64,000 bases of DNA from an uncultured Cardiobacteriales bacterium (GTDB lineage Bacteria; Pseudomonadota; Gammaproteobacteria; CAYWWW01): assembly GCA_964462205.1 (NCBI GenBank), contig CAYWWW010000001.1, positions 11,443 through 75,442 of the forward strand. Reading direction: 5' to 3'. The stretch's first letter is position 1. Each line of letters begins with the position of its first letter. Shown in pieces: positions 9,765 through 20,157 of the stretch. The position numbers and the translations under genes were made by a program. A model generated the notes under the pieces. That model was not told the origin of the DNA. It saw only the letters and a list, made by a program, of their open reading frames with translations, and did not search any database.

Positions 9765-10319
9765 ATGACCGATTCTAAGCCCGCATTTCCCCAGATTACC
9801 GCGCGCAGGCCGGTGGCCAAGTCGCGCTTATTTCAAATTGAAAGCCTGGATTTAACCTTTGCCAATGGCCAACAAGTAACTTATGAGCGTTTAGTGAGCG
9901 GCAGCGGTGGCGCGGTCTTGGTGGTGCCGCTGTTGGATGCCGAAACGGTGCTGTTGATTCGGGAATATGCCGTAGGTGTCGAGCGTTATGAATTGGCTTT
10001 ACCCAAAGGCAAAATTGAGCTTGGCGAAGATATTCTGGTCGCCGCTAATCGGGAATTGATGGAAGAAGTTGGCTATGGAGCGCGGTCGTTGCGGCATCTG
10101 AAAACCTTTTCGCTGGCACCTGGCTATATGGCACATCGCACGCATGTGGTTTTAGCGCAGGATTTATATCCGCAGCGTTTGCCTGGCGACGAACCGGAGC
10201 CGCTCACCGTGGTGCCGTGGAAATTGGCCGAACTGGCCAAACTTTGGCAGGAAGAAGAATGCAGCGAAGCACGCAGTATTGCCGCTTTGTGTCTGGTGCG
10301 CGACGGCTATGGTCGTTAG
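9765..10319 (+). CDS. nudE: Nudix hydrolase, ADP-compounds hydrolase NudE-like
   Basis: 184 aa with Nudix box GKIELGEDILVAANRELMEEVGY. Adjacent to cysQ, as in Pseudomonas. Confidence 0.7.
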   Translation: MTDSKPAFPQITARRPVAKSRLFQIESLDLTFANGQQVTYERLVSGSGGAVLVVPLLDAETVLLIREYAVGVERYELALPKGKIELGEDILVAANRELMEEVGYGARSLRHLKTFSLAPGYMAHRTHVVLAQDLYPQRLPGDEPEPLTVVPWKLAELAKLWQEEECSEARSIAALCLVRDGYGR

Positions 10320-10369
10320 CAAAAAGATCACCTCAAGCGGCAGTTTTTAGAAAAAATTTATTCAAAACA

Positions 10370-11209
10370 ATGGAAAACATGAACAAAAAATACAGCCAAG
10401 CGGCACTTTATCCTGAATTATTAACCATTGCCGCAAAAGCCGCCGAGGCCATTTTAACGGTGTATCAGGCGGAAAATTTTGCTGAAGAAGCGCAAACCAG
10501 CGCTAAGAGTGACCATAGTCCCTTGACTGCCGCCGATATGGCTTCGCACCACATTATTGTGGCAGGTTTAACTGCCTTGACGCCTGAATATCCGGTATTG
10601 TCCGAGGAATCGGCGGCGGTGCCTTATGCCGAACGCCGTTTATGGACGCATTATTGGTTGGTGGATCCGCTGGATGGCACCCGCGAATTTTTGCAGCGCA
10701 ATGGCCAGTTCACCATCAATATCGCCTTGATTGAACACGGCGAAGCGGTTTTGGGTTTGTTGTGGGCACCAGCTTTGCAGACTTGGTATGTGGGCGGACG
10801 CGAGATCGGCGCTTTTATGCAAAAAGCTGGCGAAGCGCTGACACCTCTACGCACACGCCTCCCAATGCCACCGTATAACGTGGTGGCGAGTCGTTCGCAT
10901 CCCGCGCCGCAAGTGGCAACGCTTTTGCAAGCGATGCCCAGTTATCAGTTGTTAAATCAAGGGAGTGCTTTGAAGTTTGCTTTGGTGGCACAAGGTTTGG
11001 CCGATATCTATCCGCGCTTTGTGCCAACCTCGGAATGGGATACGGCGGCCGGTCAGGCCATTGTCGAAGCGGCGGGTGGCGCGATGCTGCATCTCAATGG
11101 CCGCACCTTTGCTTATAATCAAAAAGAAGACCTCTTAAACCCCTACTTTGTGGTGGTGGGGCAGCGGGAGCTGCCGTGGCGGGAGTGGTTAGCAAACTGT
11201 ACCTTTTGA
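10370..11209 (+). CDS. cysQ: 3'(2'),5'-bisphosphate nucleotidase
   Basis: ORF 10217..11209 trimmed to the ATG at 10370. Inositol-monophosphatase family motifs WLVDPLDGTREF and WDTAAGQAI. Confidence 0.85.
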   Translation: MENMNKKYSQAALYPELLTIAAKAAEAILTVYQAENFAEEAQTSAKSDHSPLTAADMASHHIIVAGLTALTPEYPVLSEESAAVPYAERRLWTHYWLVDPLDGTREFLQRNGQFTINIALIEHGEAVLGLLWAPALQTWYVGGREIGAFMQKAGEALTPLRTRLPMPPYNVVASRSHPAPQVATLLQAMPSYQLLNQGSALKFALVAQGLADIYPRFVPTSEWDTAAGQAIVEAAGGAMLHLNGRTFAYNQKEDLLNPYFVVVGQRELPWREWLANCTF

Positions 11210-11216
11210 CAAAGAA

Positions 11217-11873
11217 TTAGGCAGCGAAAGCAGCGTTAAAAGGTTGCGCCTTGTGTTGACGACGACGATAAGCAAAGAACAACAAAGCAGCTAAAAGAAA
11301 CAGACTAGCAATGGTTCCTGGCTCGGGGACAGCAGTGATTGGGCTGTTGATGCTCAAATTGTTTTGACCAGAAAAACCGCTGAAGCTGATTGCTAATGAG
11401 CTCGCAATGGAACCAACACCGGTGAGATCAATACTAGCTTGTGCGCCGAGTCCTGTTGCAAGGGTATAATCTGTGGCTGTTCCGCCATCTATACTTACTG
11501 ACATAGTCAGTGGGTTAGTTTCCAAGTCGTAACTGAAGGTAAAAGCATTGACTCCACCGACAAGATTTAATGGGTTGTTAAAAACATACGTTAAATCTGC
11601 TTCGCCTGTGGCAGTGCCCGGATTGAATGAAAAGGAGAGTGAGCCACTACCTTCGCTGACTACACCATTGTTGCCAGAGAACAAGTTAATAGAAATGGTT
11701 CTGTTGGCATCAATAGCAGCAATGGCATCGGTGTCAGTTGCAGCAGTAGCATTGGGAGTGTTGTCTTGAAAAAATGAACCACTGGTAAATGGATCAAGTA
11801 CGTCACCAGAGCTAAGGTTCGCGGCGTGGGCTTGAAAGGCCAGCGCTAATAATAAAACCAGAAAAAATTGCAT
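11217..11873 (-). CDS. PEP-CTERM sorting-domain secreted protein
   Basis: 218 aa with signal peptide MQFFLVLLLALAFQAHA. C-terminal VPEPGTIASLFLLAALLFFAYRRRQ is the PEP motif, a TM helix and a basic tail. Confidence 0.85.
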   Translation of the reverse strand: MQFFLVLLLALAFQAHAANLSSGDVLDPFTSGSFFQDNTPNATAATDTDAIAAIDANRTISINLFSGNNGVVSEGSGSLSFSFNPGTATGEADLTYVFNNPLNLVGGVNAFTFSYDLETNPLTMSVSIDGGTATDYTLATGLGAQASIDLTGVGSIASSLAISFSGFSGQNNLSINSPITAVPEPGTIASLFLLAALLFFAYRRRQHKAQPFNAAFAA

Positions 11874-12012
11874 AAATACTCCGAGGGTGTTGATAAAGGG
11901 ACGATGAAAGGTTGCTTTTAGGGCTTGGACATTACAAAGAAAAGTTCAAAAACTGTCAAGTCTTTTACAAACTAAGTCAGGCGTCTGCTATGTTGGCGCG
12001 CATCTGAAAACT

Positions 12013-12693
12013 TTAAGCAAATTTTGCTGAAAAGCTGTAAGCGGCTTGTAAAGCCTGCTGTTGGTGGCGGCGACGCTTATAGGCAAAGAACAACAAAGCG
12101 GCCAAGAAAAAGAGGCCGGCGATAGTGGTTGGTTCGGGAACCTCAACGGTGATAGGGCTTTGAATTGAAAGATTGTTCTGACCAACAAAGCCGCTAAAGG
12201 CTATGTTAATGTTAGTGGTTATTGTGCTTGGAACTGTAAAAAAGACCACCACATCATCGCCTGTCACTAAGTTGTAGTCTGTTGCAGTACCACTGTCAAA
12301 ACTTACAGACATAGTAAGCGGATTTGTTGTTAAATCATAGATAAAGCTAAAGAATGGAGCAGTAACTGTCAAAGTGCTGTTTAAATCATAGTTTATGCTG
12401 GCAGTCCCTGTTGATGGATTAGGATTAAAGGTAAAATCAAGCAGACCAGTAGTCTCAATTAACGAGGCACTGCTGCCCGTCAGCAGGTCAATAGAAAGCG
12501 TTCTAGTTGAATCGCTCTCGGTAATGGCTGTAGGGTTGGGTCCACCAACAGATAAAAATCCGGGGATACCAGGACTTAAATCAATCAACTGGACACCACC
12601 GGTGAATGGGTCAAAGTTTTGACCCGCGTTCAAAGTTACCGCCTTGGCTGGCAACAGGAGGCACAGAAGGAGAAAAAATAAAATATTTCGCAC
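12013..12693 (-). CDS. PEP-CTERM sorting-domain secreted protein (paralog of 11217..11873)
   Basis: 226 aa with a GTG start and a signal peptide. C-terminus VPEPTTIAGLFFLAALLFFAYKRRRH. Shares blocks NPLTMSVS.D.GTATDY and FSGF.GQNNLSI.SPIT with its neighbour. Confidence 0.85.
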   Translation of the reverse strand: MRNILFFLLLCLLLPAKAVTLNAGQNFDPFTGGVQLIDLSPGIPGFLSVGGPNPTAITESDSTRTLSIDLLTGSSASLIETTGLLDFTFNPNPSTGTASINYDLNSTLTVTAPFFSFIYDLTTNPLTMSVSFDSGTATDYNLVTGDDVVVFFTVPSTITTNINIAFSGFVGQNNLSIQSPITVEVPEPTTIAGLFFLAALLFFAYKRRRHQQQALQAAYSFSAKFA

Positions 12694-12999
12694 AGTTACA
12701 CCGAGTTATGATAAGGTTGCGTCGCAGTAAATTTCTTGTAAAGCCTAGAAAGCTTTTAGTGGATTGTCAATAGGTTTTGCCACGTCTGTGGCGCCTTTAA
12801 GCGGTGGTTGGTTTTTTAGGTGGAATGCGTCTGAAATAAGCGCCAGTAACTTGAACATTGTTTGCATCGCAAAAGCTGCGTTATGATAAAAGCGTTTACA
12901 GCAGACACTTTGTGTGAAAATGTTGTAAATAGCTCTCTTTTTCTCTTTTTCTAAAAAAGAGGTCTTTGGTATTTTTTATTATCTTTTGGAGGCAATGTT

Positions 13000-13398
13000 A
13001 TGAAAACTATATTGAGCACTTTAGCGGCAGCGTTGTTGGCCGTTTCTTTATTTTTGGCACCAGTTCAACAAGCCAATGCCTTTTTCTTTCCGTTCTTTCC
13101 ATTCTTTGGCAATAATTATGGCTATCCTGGTTACGGCGGTTATCCCGGTTATGGTTATGGTGGCTATCCAGGCTACGGCTATGGCGCTCCTGCTTATGGT
13201 TACGGTGCCCCTGGCTATGGTTATGGCGCTCCTGGTTATGGTTATGCCCCAGGCTATGCGCAACCACCGATGATGATGGCACCTACCCGTATGCCACGCC
13301 TGGATCGCAAGCCTGTGGTTAATGCGCCAAGCAATAAAGCCGAAACCACCGAAAATTCACCGGCAGTAACCGAAGAAAAAGCACCGGCTGCTTATTGA
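13000..13398 (+). CDS. secreted Gly/Tyr-rich repeat protein (sulfur-globule-protein-like composition)
   Basis: 132 aa with GGAGG 8 nt upstream. Signal peptide ...PVQQANA is followed by FFFPFFPFFG and then GYPGYG/GYGAPGYGYG repeats. Has its own terminator. Confidence 0.8.
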   Translation: MKTILSTLAAALLAVSLFLAPVQQANAFFFPFFPFFGNNYGYPGYGGYPGYGYGGYPGYGYGAPAYGYGAPGYGYGAPGYGYAPGYAQPPMMMAPTRMPRLDRKPVVNAPSNKAETTENSPAVTEEKAPAAY

Positions 13399-13424
13399 TA
13401 GTTGCGTTAAGTTTTTTGATCATT

Positions 13425-13448
13425 GGGGTGCAAGCGCATCCCATTTTT
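13425..13448 (+). terminator. intrinsic terminator
   Basis: GGGGTGC-AAGC-GCATCCC stem-loop (one G-U pair) followed by ATTTTT. Confidence 0.65.
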
Positions 13449-13513
13449 GCCAAGTTTTGTTGTTTGTGGATTTGTTTAAGCGTAGTTTTTTCTTAAATTT
13501 TTAGGAGATTATC

Positions 13514-13822
13514 ATGCGTCTTTTCAAAGGTTTACGTCGTTCTTTTTTGGCTGCTTTGCTTTTACTGTTGACAGCACCTGCCAGCGCTTTTTTCTTTTGC
13601 CCGTTTTGTAACTTCCCGTTTTTCTTTGGTACGCCGTATTACTATGGCTATCCAACCTATTATTCGCCTTATTATTCAAGCTATTATGCCCCGTCTTACG
13701 GTTATGTTCCTTATAGCTACAGTGCCGTGCCAGTTTTTACCGGACCAACAACGCCGGAATTGATACAGCGCGACTTTCAACGGTTGTTGCAACAAAATAA
13801 TCGCTTAAAATCCATGCGTTAA
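13514..13822 (+). CDS. secreted Tyr/Pro/Ser-rich protein
   Basis: 102 aa with AGGAG upstream. Signal peptide ...APASA is followed by FFFCPFCNFPFFFG and then a YYYGYPTYYSPYYSSYYAPSYGYVPYSY tract. Has its own terminator. Confidence 0.75.
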   Translation: MRLFKGLRRSFLAALLLLLTAPASAFFFCPFCNFPFFFGTPYYYGYPTYYSPYYSSYYAPSYGYVPYSYSAVPVFTGPTTPELIQRDFQRLLQQNNRLKSMR

Positions 13823-13852
13823 CATTTGCTGCCAAGCGACAGCGCGATCCAC

Positions 13853-13876
13853 GGGGAGCAGATGCTCCCCTTTTTT
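13853..13876 (+). terminator. intrinsic terminator
   Basis: GGGGAGC-AGAT-GCTCCCC followed by TTTTTT. Confidence 0.85.
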
Positions 13877-13926
13877 ATGCTTTTCACTCAAGCGGAAACT
13901 TTGGCGATTTCTAAGGACAGGCGGCT

Positions 13927-15183
13927 ATGACCTTACAGGCTAAAAAGCTGATTTTAATAGTAACGGCCAGTATTGCCGCTTATAAAAGTTATGAAATTTT
14001 GCGCCTCTTGCAAAAAGCCGGTGCCACGGTGCGCGTGGTCTTATCCAAATCAGCGCAGCAGTTGGTGTCACCGTTGGCCTTTCAGGCGTTAAGCGGACAC
14101 GCGGTACAAAGTGAACTCTTTGATGCCCAAAGCGAATTACAGATTGACCATATCGCTTTGGCGCGTTGGGCGGAAGGAATAATTATTGCGCCAGCTACAG
14201 CCGATAGCGTGGCGAAAATCGCTGCGGGTTTTGCCGATGAATTATGGAACACGGTGCTTTTAGCGACGACGGCGCCGATTTTTATCGCACCAGCGATGAA
14301 TGTTTTGATGTGGCAACAGGCGATTGTTCAGGAAAATATTCAAAGATTACAACAGCGTGGAATAAAAATTATTGCACCTGAGGCAGGCTATCAAGCCTGT
14401 GGCAGCGATGGTGCCGGACGCTTGGCCGAACCGTTAACCATTGTCAGTGCCTTAGCTGACTTTTATGCCTCTGTCTTGAAAACAGCAACGGTAACAAAAA
14501 TTTATCAAGGTATTGATTTTTTGATAACTGCTGGCCCGACCTACGAGTTTATTGATAGTGTGCGTTTTTTGGGTAATCAAAGTTCCGGGCGCATGGGCTA
14601 TGCTTTGGCCAAAGCTGCCATGGATTTAGGAGCGTCAGTGACTTTAGTGTCAGGGCCGGTGGCCTTGGCAGCGCCGCCGGGTTGTCGGTTTTTTGCCGTG
14701 ACCTCGGCTGTAGAAATGTTCGATTGCGTGATGCAAGAAGTTCAAAAGAATCAATTTTTTATCGCTAATGCTGCTGTAGCGGATTACCGTCCGCTTGAAG
14801 TTTTTGCCGATAAATATAAAAAAGAACAACTTGGCGAACAGTGGCAGCTTACCTTGCAGCGCAATCCCGATATTTTGGCGACTGTCGCCGCTTTGGCCAA
14901 TGCGCCATTTTGTCTTGGTTTTGCCGCCGAAACTGCGCAAAGCCTGGCCGATGCTGAAGCCAAGCGGCAACGCAAAAAACTGCCTGCGTTGGCGGTCAAT
15001 CGTATTGATCTGCCGGATCAAGGTTTTAATAGTGAAAACAATGAATTAACCTTGATTTGGCAAGTAGAAGCCATGTTCTCACCACAACAATTGCTTTTTC
15101 CTAAACAAAGCAAAGCCGACTTGGCTTTGGCCTTATTGACGACGTTAGCGCCGATTTTTCAAAAACACTCTCTTGAGAAATAA
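13927..15183 (+). CDS. coaBC: bifunctional phosphopantothenoylcysteine decarboxylase / phosphopantothenate--cysteine ligase
   Basis: 418 aa with an N-terminal flavoprotein domain (ILIVTASIAAYKS, PATADSVAKIA) and a C-terminal DFP ligase domain (ITAGPTYEFIDSVRFLGNQSSGRMG). Confidence 0.93.
   Translation: MTLQAKKLILIVTASIAAYKSYEILRLLQKAGATVRVVLSKSAQQLVSPLAFQALSGHAVQSELFDAQSELQIDHIALARWAEGIIIAPATADSVAKIAAGFADELWNTVLLATTAPIFIAPAMNVLMWQQAIVQENIQRLQQRGIKIIAPEAGYQACGSDGAGRLAEPLTIVSALADFYASVLKTATVTKIYQGIDFLITAGPTYEFIDSVRFLGNQSSGRMGYALAKAAMDLGASVTLVSGPVALAAPPGCRFFAVTSAVEMFDCVMQEVQKNQFFIANAAVADYRPLEVFADKYKKEQLGEQWQLTLQRNPDILATVAALANAPFCLGFAAETAQSLADAEAKRQRKKLPALAVNRIDLPDQGFNSENNELTLIWQVEAMFSPQQLLFPKQSKADLALALLTTLAPIFQKHSLEK
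14465..14478 (+). repeat. copy 1 of over-represented 14-mer ATGCCTCTGYCTTG
   Basis: ttttATGCCTCTGTCTTGaaaa, inside coaBC (+ gene), read as Y-A-S-V-L. Confidence 0.95.
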
Positions 15184-15186
15184 ACT

Positions 15187-16619
<1,433 letters not shown>

Positions 16620-16673
16620 CCGCTTAACTGCTTGCTTAAAATTTTTTGTAAGAAAATTAAGGGTAAAAGTATC

Positions 16674-17806
16674 GTGAAGAAAAATAATAAAAAACCCGTC
16701 GTATTTTTGCTATTGCGGCAGTTGGCACGGGCAGGAACCGGGCGTTATGCGCTGAATTTGGCCACAGCGCTAGCAGAACAAGGCGTGGACGTGCATATTA
16801 TTTCGGCTTGCGACGGGGGGTTATGCGTGCTGATATTCGTGCTACTGCGCCTTTGCATATTGTGCCTACGCCATGGTGGCAACTGCCAGCGCTGCGCCTG
16901 CTAATTTTGTATTGGCGCTATCGGCCAAATCTTGTGATCAGTAGTTACCACCGTTTTCATCCATCCTTGTTGCTGATCAAGCAGTTTTTTCAATGGTTAG
17001 TTTGGCCAAAAACACGCTTAGTCTTTGTTCTGCATAGTATTTGTACTTTTCGCTTTACGCCCGGGAGTTCACGTTGGCAGCGACGGCGGCGGAATCTCTT
17101 GGCGATGGATGCGTTGGTGGCAGTTTCGCATGGTGTGGCTAGCCATTGCCGTCAGTTTTTTCAAGTGTCGGCCGATTTTCCGCTACTACCTATCTATAAC
17201 CCATTGGTTTCAAAAAGCATATATCAACAAGCACAAGAGCCATGCGACCATCCTTGGTTGAGCGCTACTGCACAGGCGGGACTGCCGGTGGTTTTAGCAG
17301 TGGCGCGTTTGGAGCCGCAAAAACGCTTGGATCGTCTTTTAGCGGCTTTTGCCCGGTTGCAAGCGCAATATCCTTGTCGCTTATTGATACTAGGCGAGGG
17401 AGAATTGCGAGAGCGCTTATCGAAGCAAATAAAGCAGTTAGGCATTGAGGAAGTGGTGCAGCTTTTGGGCGTGGTGGTCAATCCTTTTCCCTTTATGAAA
17501 GCCGCAAAAGTCTTGGTGTTGACTTCGGATTTTGAAGGCTTAGGCAATGTATTGGTGGAGAGCTTGGCCTTGGGAACGCCGGTTGTTTCCGTGGATTGCC
17601 CTGCTGGTCCACGGGAAATTTTACAAGGGGGTCGCTACGGTAAATTGGTGCCCATGGACGAAGAAACCTTTTTGCAGGCTGCTTTGGCGCAAGCATTGTT
17701 GGAAGTTTTGCAGGCACCAAAACCGTCTCCCGATGCTTTGCTACCGGCAGTAGCGCCTTTTCATTTTGACACCGTCGTTCAGCAATATCTAAAATTTATT
17801 CCGTAA
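16674..17806 (+). pseudogene. family-4 (GT-B, group 1) glycosyltransferase interrupted by a frameshift at a G6 run
   Basis: The N-terminal part is in ORF 16632..16904 (KPVVFLLLRQLARAGTGRYALNLATALAEQGVDVHIIS). The rest is in ORF 16808..17806 in another frame (EPQKRLDRLL, SDFEGLGNVLVESLALGTPVVS). One extra G in the run at 16815..16820 would fuse them. Confidence 0.75.
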
Positions 17807-17830
17807 AAATAGCGCCTTATAATAGGCGCT
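17805..17830 (-). terminator. intrinsic terminator for the minus-strand DUF4124 gene
   Basis: AGCGCCT-TATAAT-AGGCGCT hairpin. On the minus strand it is followed by ATTTTT. Confidence 0.5.
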
Positions 17831-17841
17831 GGACTTGGCAA

Positions 17842-18480
17842 TTAACGCTTTTGGATTTCCTGAAAACGCTTAATTTCCGCCTCAAAGCGCTCAATGGTTT
17901 CTTGCCGTTCTTGGCGTAAATTCATGAGGCTTTTCTTGTATTCATCGTACTGCTGCCAGATCACTTCCATGCGTTTACTCAAGGCTGGGGGTACGGGTTT
18001 ATTTTGCTCAGCATAGCGGCGAATTTCCGCCAAGGTGGCTTCGGAATCGCGCTCGATTTCCGCCTCTTTGATTAAAAAATAATCAATGCGCGCATCGAGC
18101 AGTTGTAGTCGGCTGGTCTTGGCAGCTTCTATATCTTTTAGGTTTTTGTATTTACTGAGTAAAAGCCGGTCTTGTCGCTCTTGTTCGGCTTTGATTTTGG
18201 CTTCGGCGCGTTCGCGGGCAAGCTCTTCGGCACTTTTGGCCGGTTCAACCCTTTCGATCACCATGCCTTGCTCATTGATTTTGCTATGCGCACGGGGTAC
18301 CGCTTCCGGCGGGAGTCTATCCGAATAATGCGTCTTACCTTGGGCATCTACCCAACTGTACAGCGGTTGCGCCTGGTTCCAGGCAGGAAAAAGCAAAAGT
18401 AAACAAAAAACACCACCGAGAGCGGCGGCAAGGGGCTTAAGAATTTGCTTTGAAAATAACAGCATAGCATTTCCATCCAT
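17842..18480 (-). CDS. DUF4124 domain protein with coiled-coil tail
   Basis: 212 aa (an alternative start is the ATG at 18465). Signal/TM segment followed by YSWVDAQGKTHYSDRLP, the DUF4124 signature. The C-terminus is charged and coiled-coil-like. Confidence 0.75.
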   Translation of the reverse strand: MDGNAMLLFSKQILKPLAAALGGVFCLLLLFPAWNQAQPLYSWVDAQGKTHYSDRLPPEAVPRAHSKINEQGMVIERVEPAKSAEELARERAEAKIKAEQERQDRLLLSKYKNLKDIEAAKTSRLQLLDARIDYFLIKEAEIERDSEATLAEIRRYAEQNKPVPPALSKRMEVIWQQYDEYKKSLMNLRQERQETIERFEAEIKRFQEIQKR

Positions 18481-18481
18481 T

Positions 18482-19174
18482 TTACAGCAAAGTGTGAGCG
18501 AGCCATTGTAAGGTTAATTGCGCGATAAACGGCGCACGCCGACCCAGGAGCATACCAACATGGCTGACCTCGGCAAAACAAATATAGTCACTGGCAAAAC
18601 GCCTGGCCATTTCTTCGCCAATAATCGGCTTTACCGTGCGATCCGCTGCGCCATTGATAATTAAGGTTGGCACCTTCGGACTCATGGTGGGAATGCCATG
18701 GTACAAGGTTCGCATCACTAAGCCAGATTCATCCCGCCATTGACCATGTGCCCAGCGAATGATTTCGTCGCTGGCTTCCGGCATGGCGCGGCGGGTGTCA
18801 TCCAAGGTAACGCGGCTTTGCCAGGGAATGATTTCAGGGAAGCGCATCCGTTTTTGATGCCAACTGTCTATCGCTGCCGGCGGCAAGCTATTCAATAATA
18901 CCAAGGCCGAAGTTTTTAATAATTCGGCACTTTTTAAGGCCAACATGCCGCCCATGCTGGCGCCAATCAAAATCGGTGGACTGGGACTATTTTGCGCCAC
19001 CGCCACGACTTGACTGACATAATCGCGGAAATGCGTCGTGGCTAAATTTTCCTCTTTGGGTAGCAAGTGGATGGTTTGATAGGCAAGATTTTCCGCTTCC
19101 AGCACTTCGCGCCAAAACCGCCATTGCCAACTGCCACCACCGGCACCGTGAATTAAAATCATCTCTGGCAACAA
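18482..19174 (-). CDS. alpha/beta hydrolase fold protein
   Basis: 230 aa with HGAGGG near the N-terminus, the nucleophile elbow GASMGG, and a C-terminal H in EVSHVGML. Confidence 0.75.
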   Translation of the reverse strand: MLPEMILIHGAGGGSWQWRFWREVLEAENLAYQTIHLLPKEENLATTHFRDYVSQVVAVAQNSPSPPILIGASMGGMLALKSAELLKTSALVLLNSLPPAAIDSWHQKRMRFPEIIPWQSRVTLDDTRRAMPEASDEIIRWAHGQWRDESGLVMRTLYHGIPTMSPKVPTLIINGAADRTVKPIIGEEMARRFASDYICFAEVSHVGMLLGRRAPFIAQLTLQWLAHTLL

Positions 19175-19248
19175 TTTCTGCTCTCCTCTCTGGAAATCCC
19201 CTGGCTATTCATCGGCTTAACATTGGATTTTTTAAATTTATTAACGCA

Positions 19249-20157
19249 TCATAATTCAGAAAGCAGTTGGTAAATCGCCTGTTCTACGGCTTGTCGGTAG
19301 CCGTTTCCAAAAAGATGCAAATGATTGAGCAAATGATACAGATTATAAAGTGTTTTGCGTACCGCAAAGCCTTCGTCCAGCGGCCAGACGTTGCGGTAAG
19401 CGGCATAAAAGTCAGCGTGAAAGCCGCCAAAAAGTTGCGTCATGGCCAGATCAGTTTCGCGGTCGCCGTAATAACAAGCCGGATCAAAAAACACCGGCTG
19501 ACCTTCCGGGGTAATGGCGGCATTGCCCGACCATAAATCGCCATGCAGCAGTGAAGGCCGTGGCTGATAACTTTGAAAAAAAATCGGACAGTCGGCGATA
19601 AGTTTTTCTAAAGCATCGAGAAAATGTCCGCGTTGTCCGTCGGCAATCAGCAATTGCCTTTGGAAAAGTAGGCGCTGTTCCTGCCAAAAACGCGGCCAAT
19701 CCTGATAACGGCCATTTTTTTGCCGACTGCTGCCGATAAAATTATCGTGAGGCCAACCAAAATAATCCGCTGTGTAACGATGAATCGCCGCCAAAGCCTC
19801 GCCCATGGCGGCGTTACTTTTTTCCTGTAAGTTTAGAAAAGGTAACAATAAAAAAGCCACTTGTGCATCACCGCCGACTGTCAACGGCGTGGGAATTTTG
19901 GCTTTTGCGGCCAAGGCGGCGTTCTGGCTGTCGTCGGCTGCCGTGGCCAAGGCGTGCAAATTATCGGCTTCGGCCTGAAAATTTTCTAATGCCTCTGCCT
20001 TGTTAGTTTTGACAAAAAAGTGTCCTAAGTCATTTTCGACGCGAAAACTCTGATGAATGGAGCCGCCGCTTTGCCTTTGCCAGTGGCTTTTTGTCCAGTC
20101 GGCTTCGGGATAATGGCTGTGTAGTAAAACTTTGACTTGCGAAATAAGCATTTGCAT
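19249..20157 (-). CDS. fructosamine/ketosamine kinase family protein (YniA-like)
   Basis: 302 aa with the HGDLWSGN catalytic motif and FFDPACYYGDRETDLA. Confidence 0.85.
   Translation of the reverse strand: MQMLISQVKVLLHSHYPEADWTKSHWQRQSGGSIHQSFRVENDLGHFFVKTNKAEALENFQAEADNLHALATAADDSQNAALAAKAKIPTPLTVGGDAQVAFLLLPFLNLQEKSNAAMGEALAAIHRYTADYFGWPHDNFIGSSRQKNGRYQDWPRFWQEQRLLFQRQLLIADGQRGHFLDALEKLIADCPIFFQSYQPRPSLLHGDLWSGNAAITPEGQPVFFDPACYYGDRETDLAMTQLFGGFHADFYAAYRNVWPLDEGFAVRKTLYNLYHLLNHLHLFGNGYRQAVEQAIYQLLSEL
19989..20002 (+). repeat. copy 3 of over-represented 14-mer
   Basis: aaattttctaATGCCTCTGCCTTGttag, inside the fructosamine kinase gene (- gene), read as K-A-E-A-L. Confidence 0.95.

Noticed and set aside
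14465-14478. Resemblance of the 14-mer (…TGCCTCTGTCTTGAA) to Neisseriaceae DUS dialects (GCCGTCTGAA, TGCCTGTCTGAA), taken as evidence of Neisseriaceae origin.
   Set aside because: Gene content and synteny (epmAB-efp, xni, rluE, nudE-cysQ, coq7, PEP-CTERM, HiPIP) point to a gammaproteobacterium. The similarity covers only a few bases and may be coincidental.
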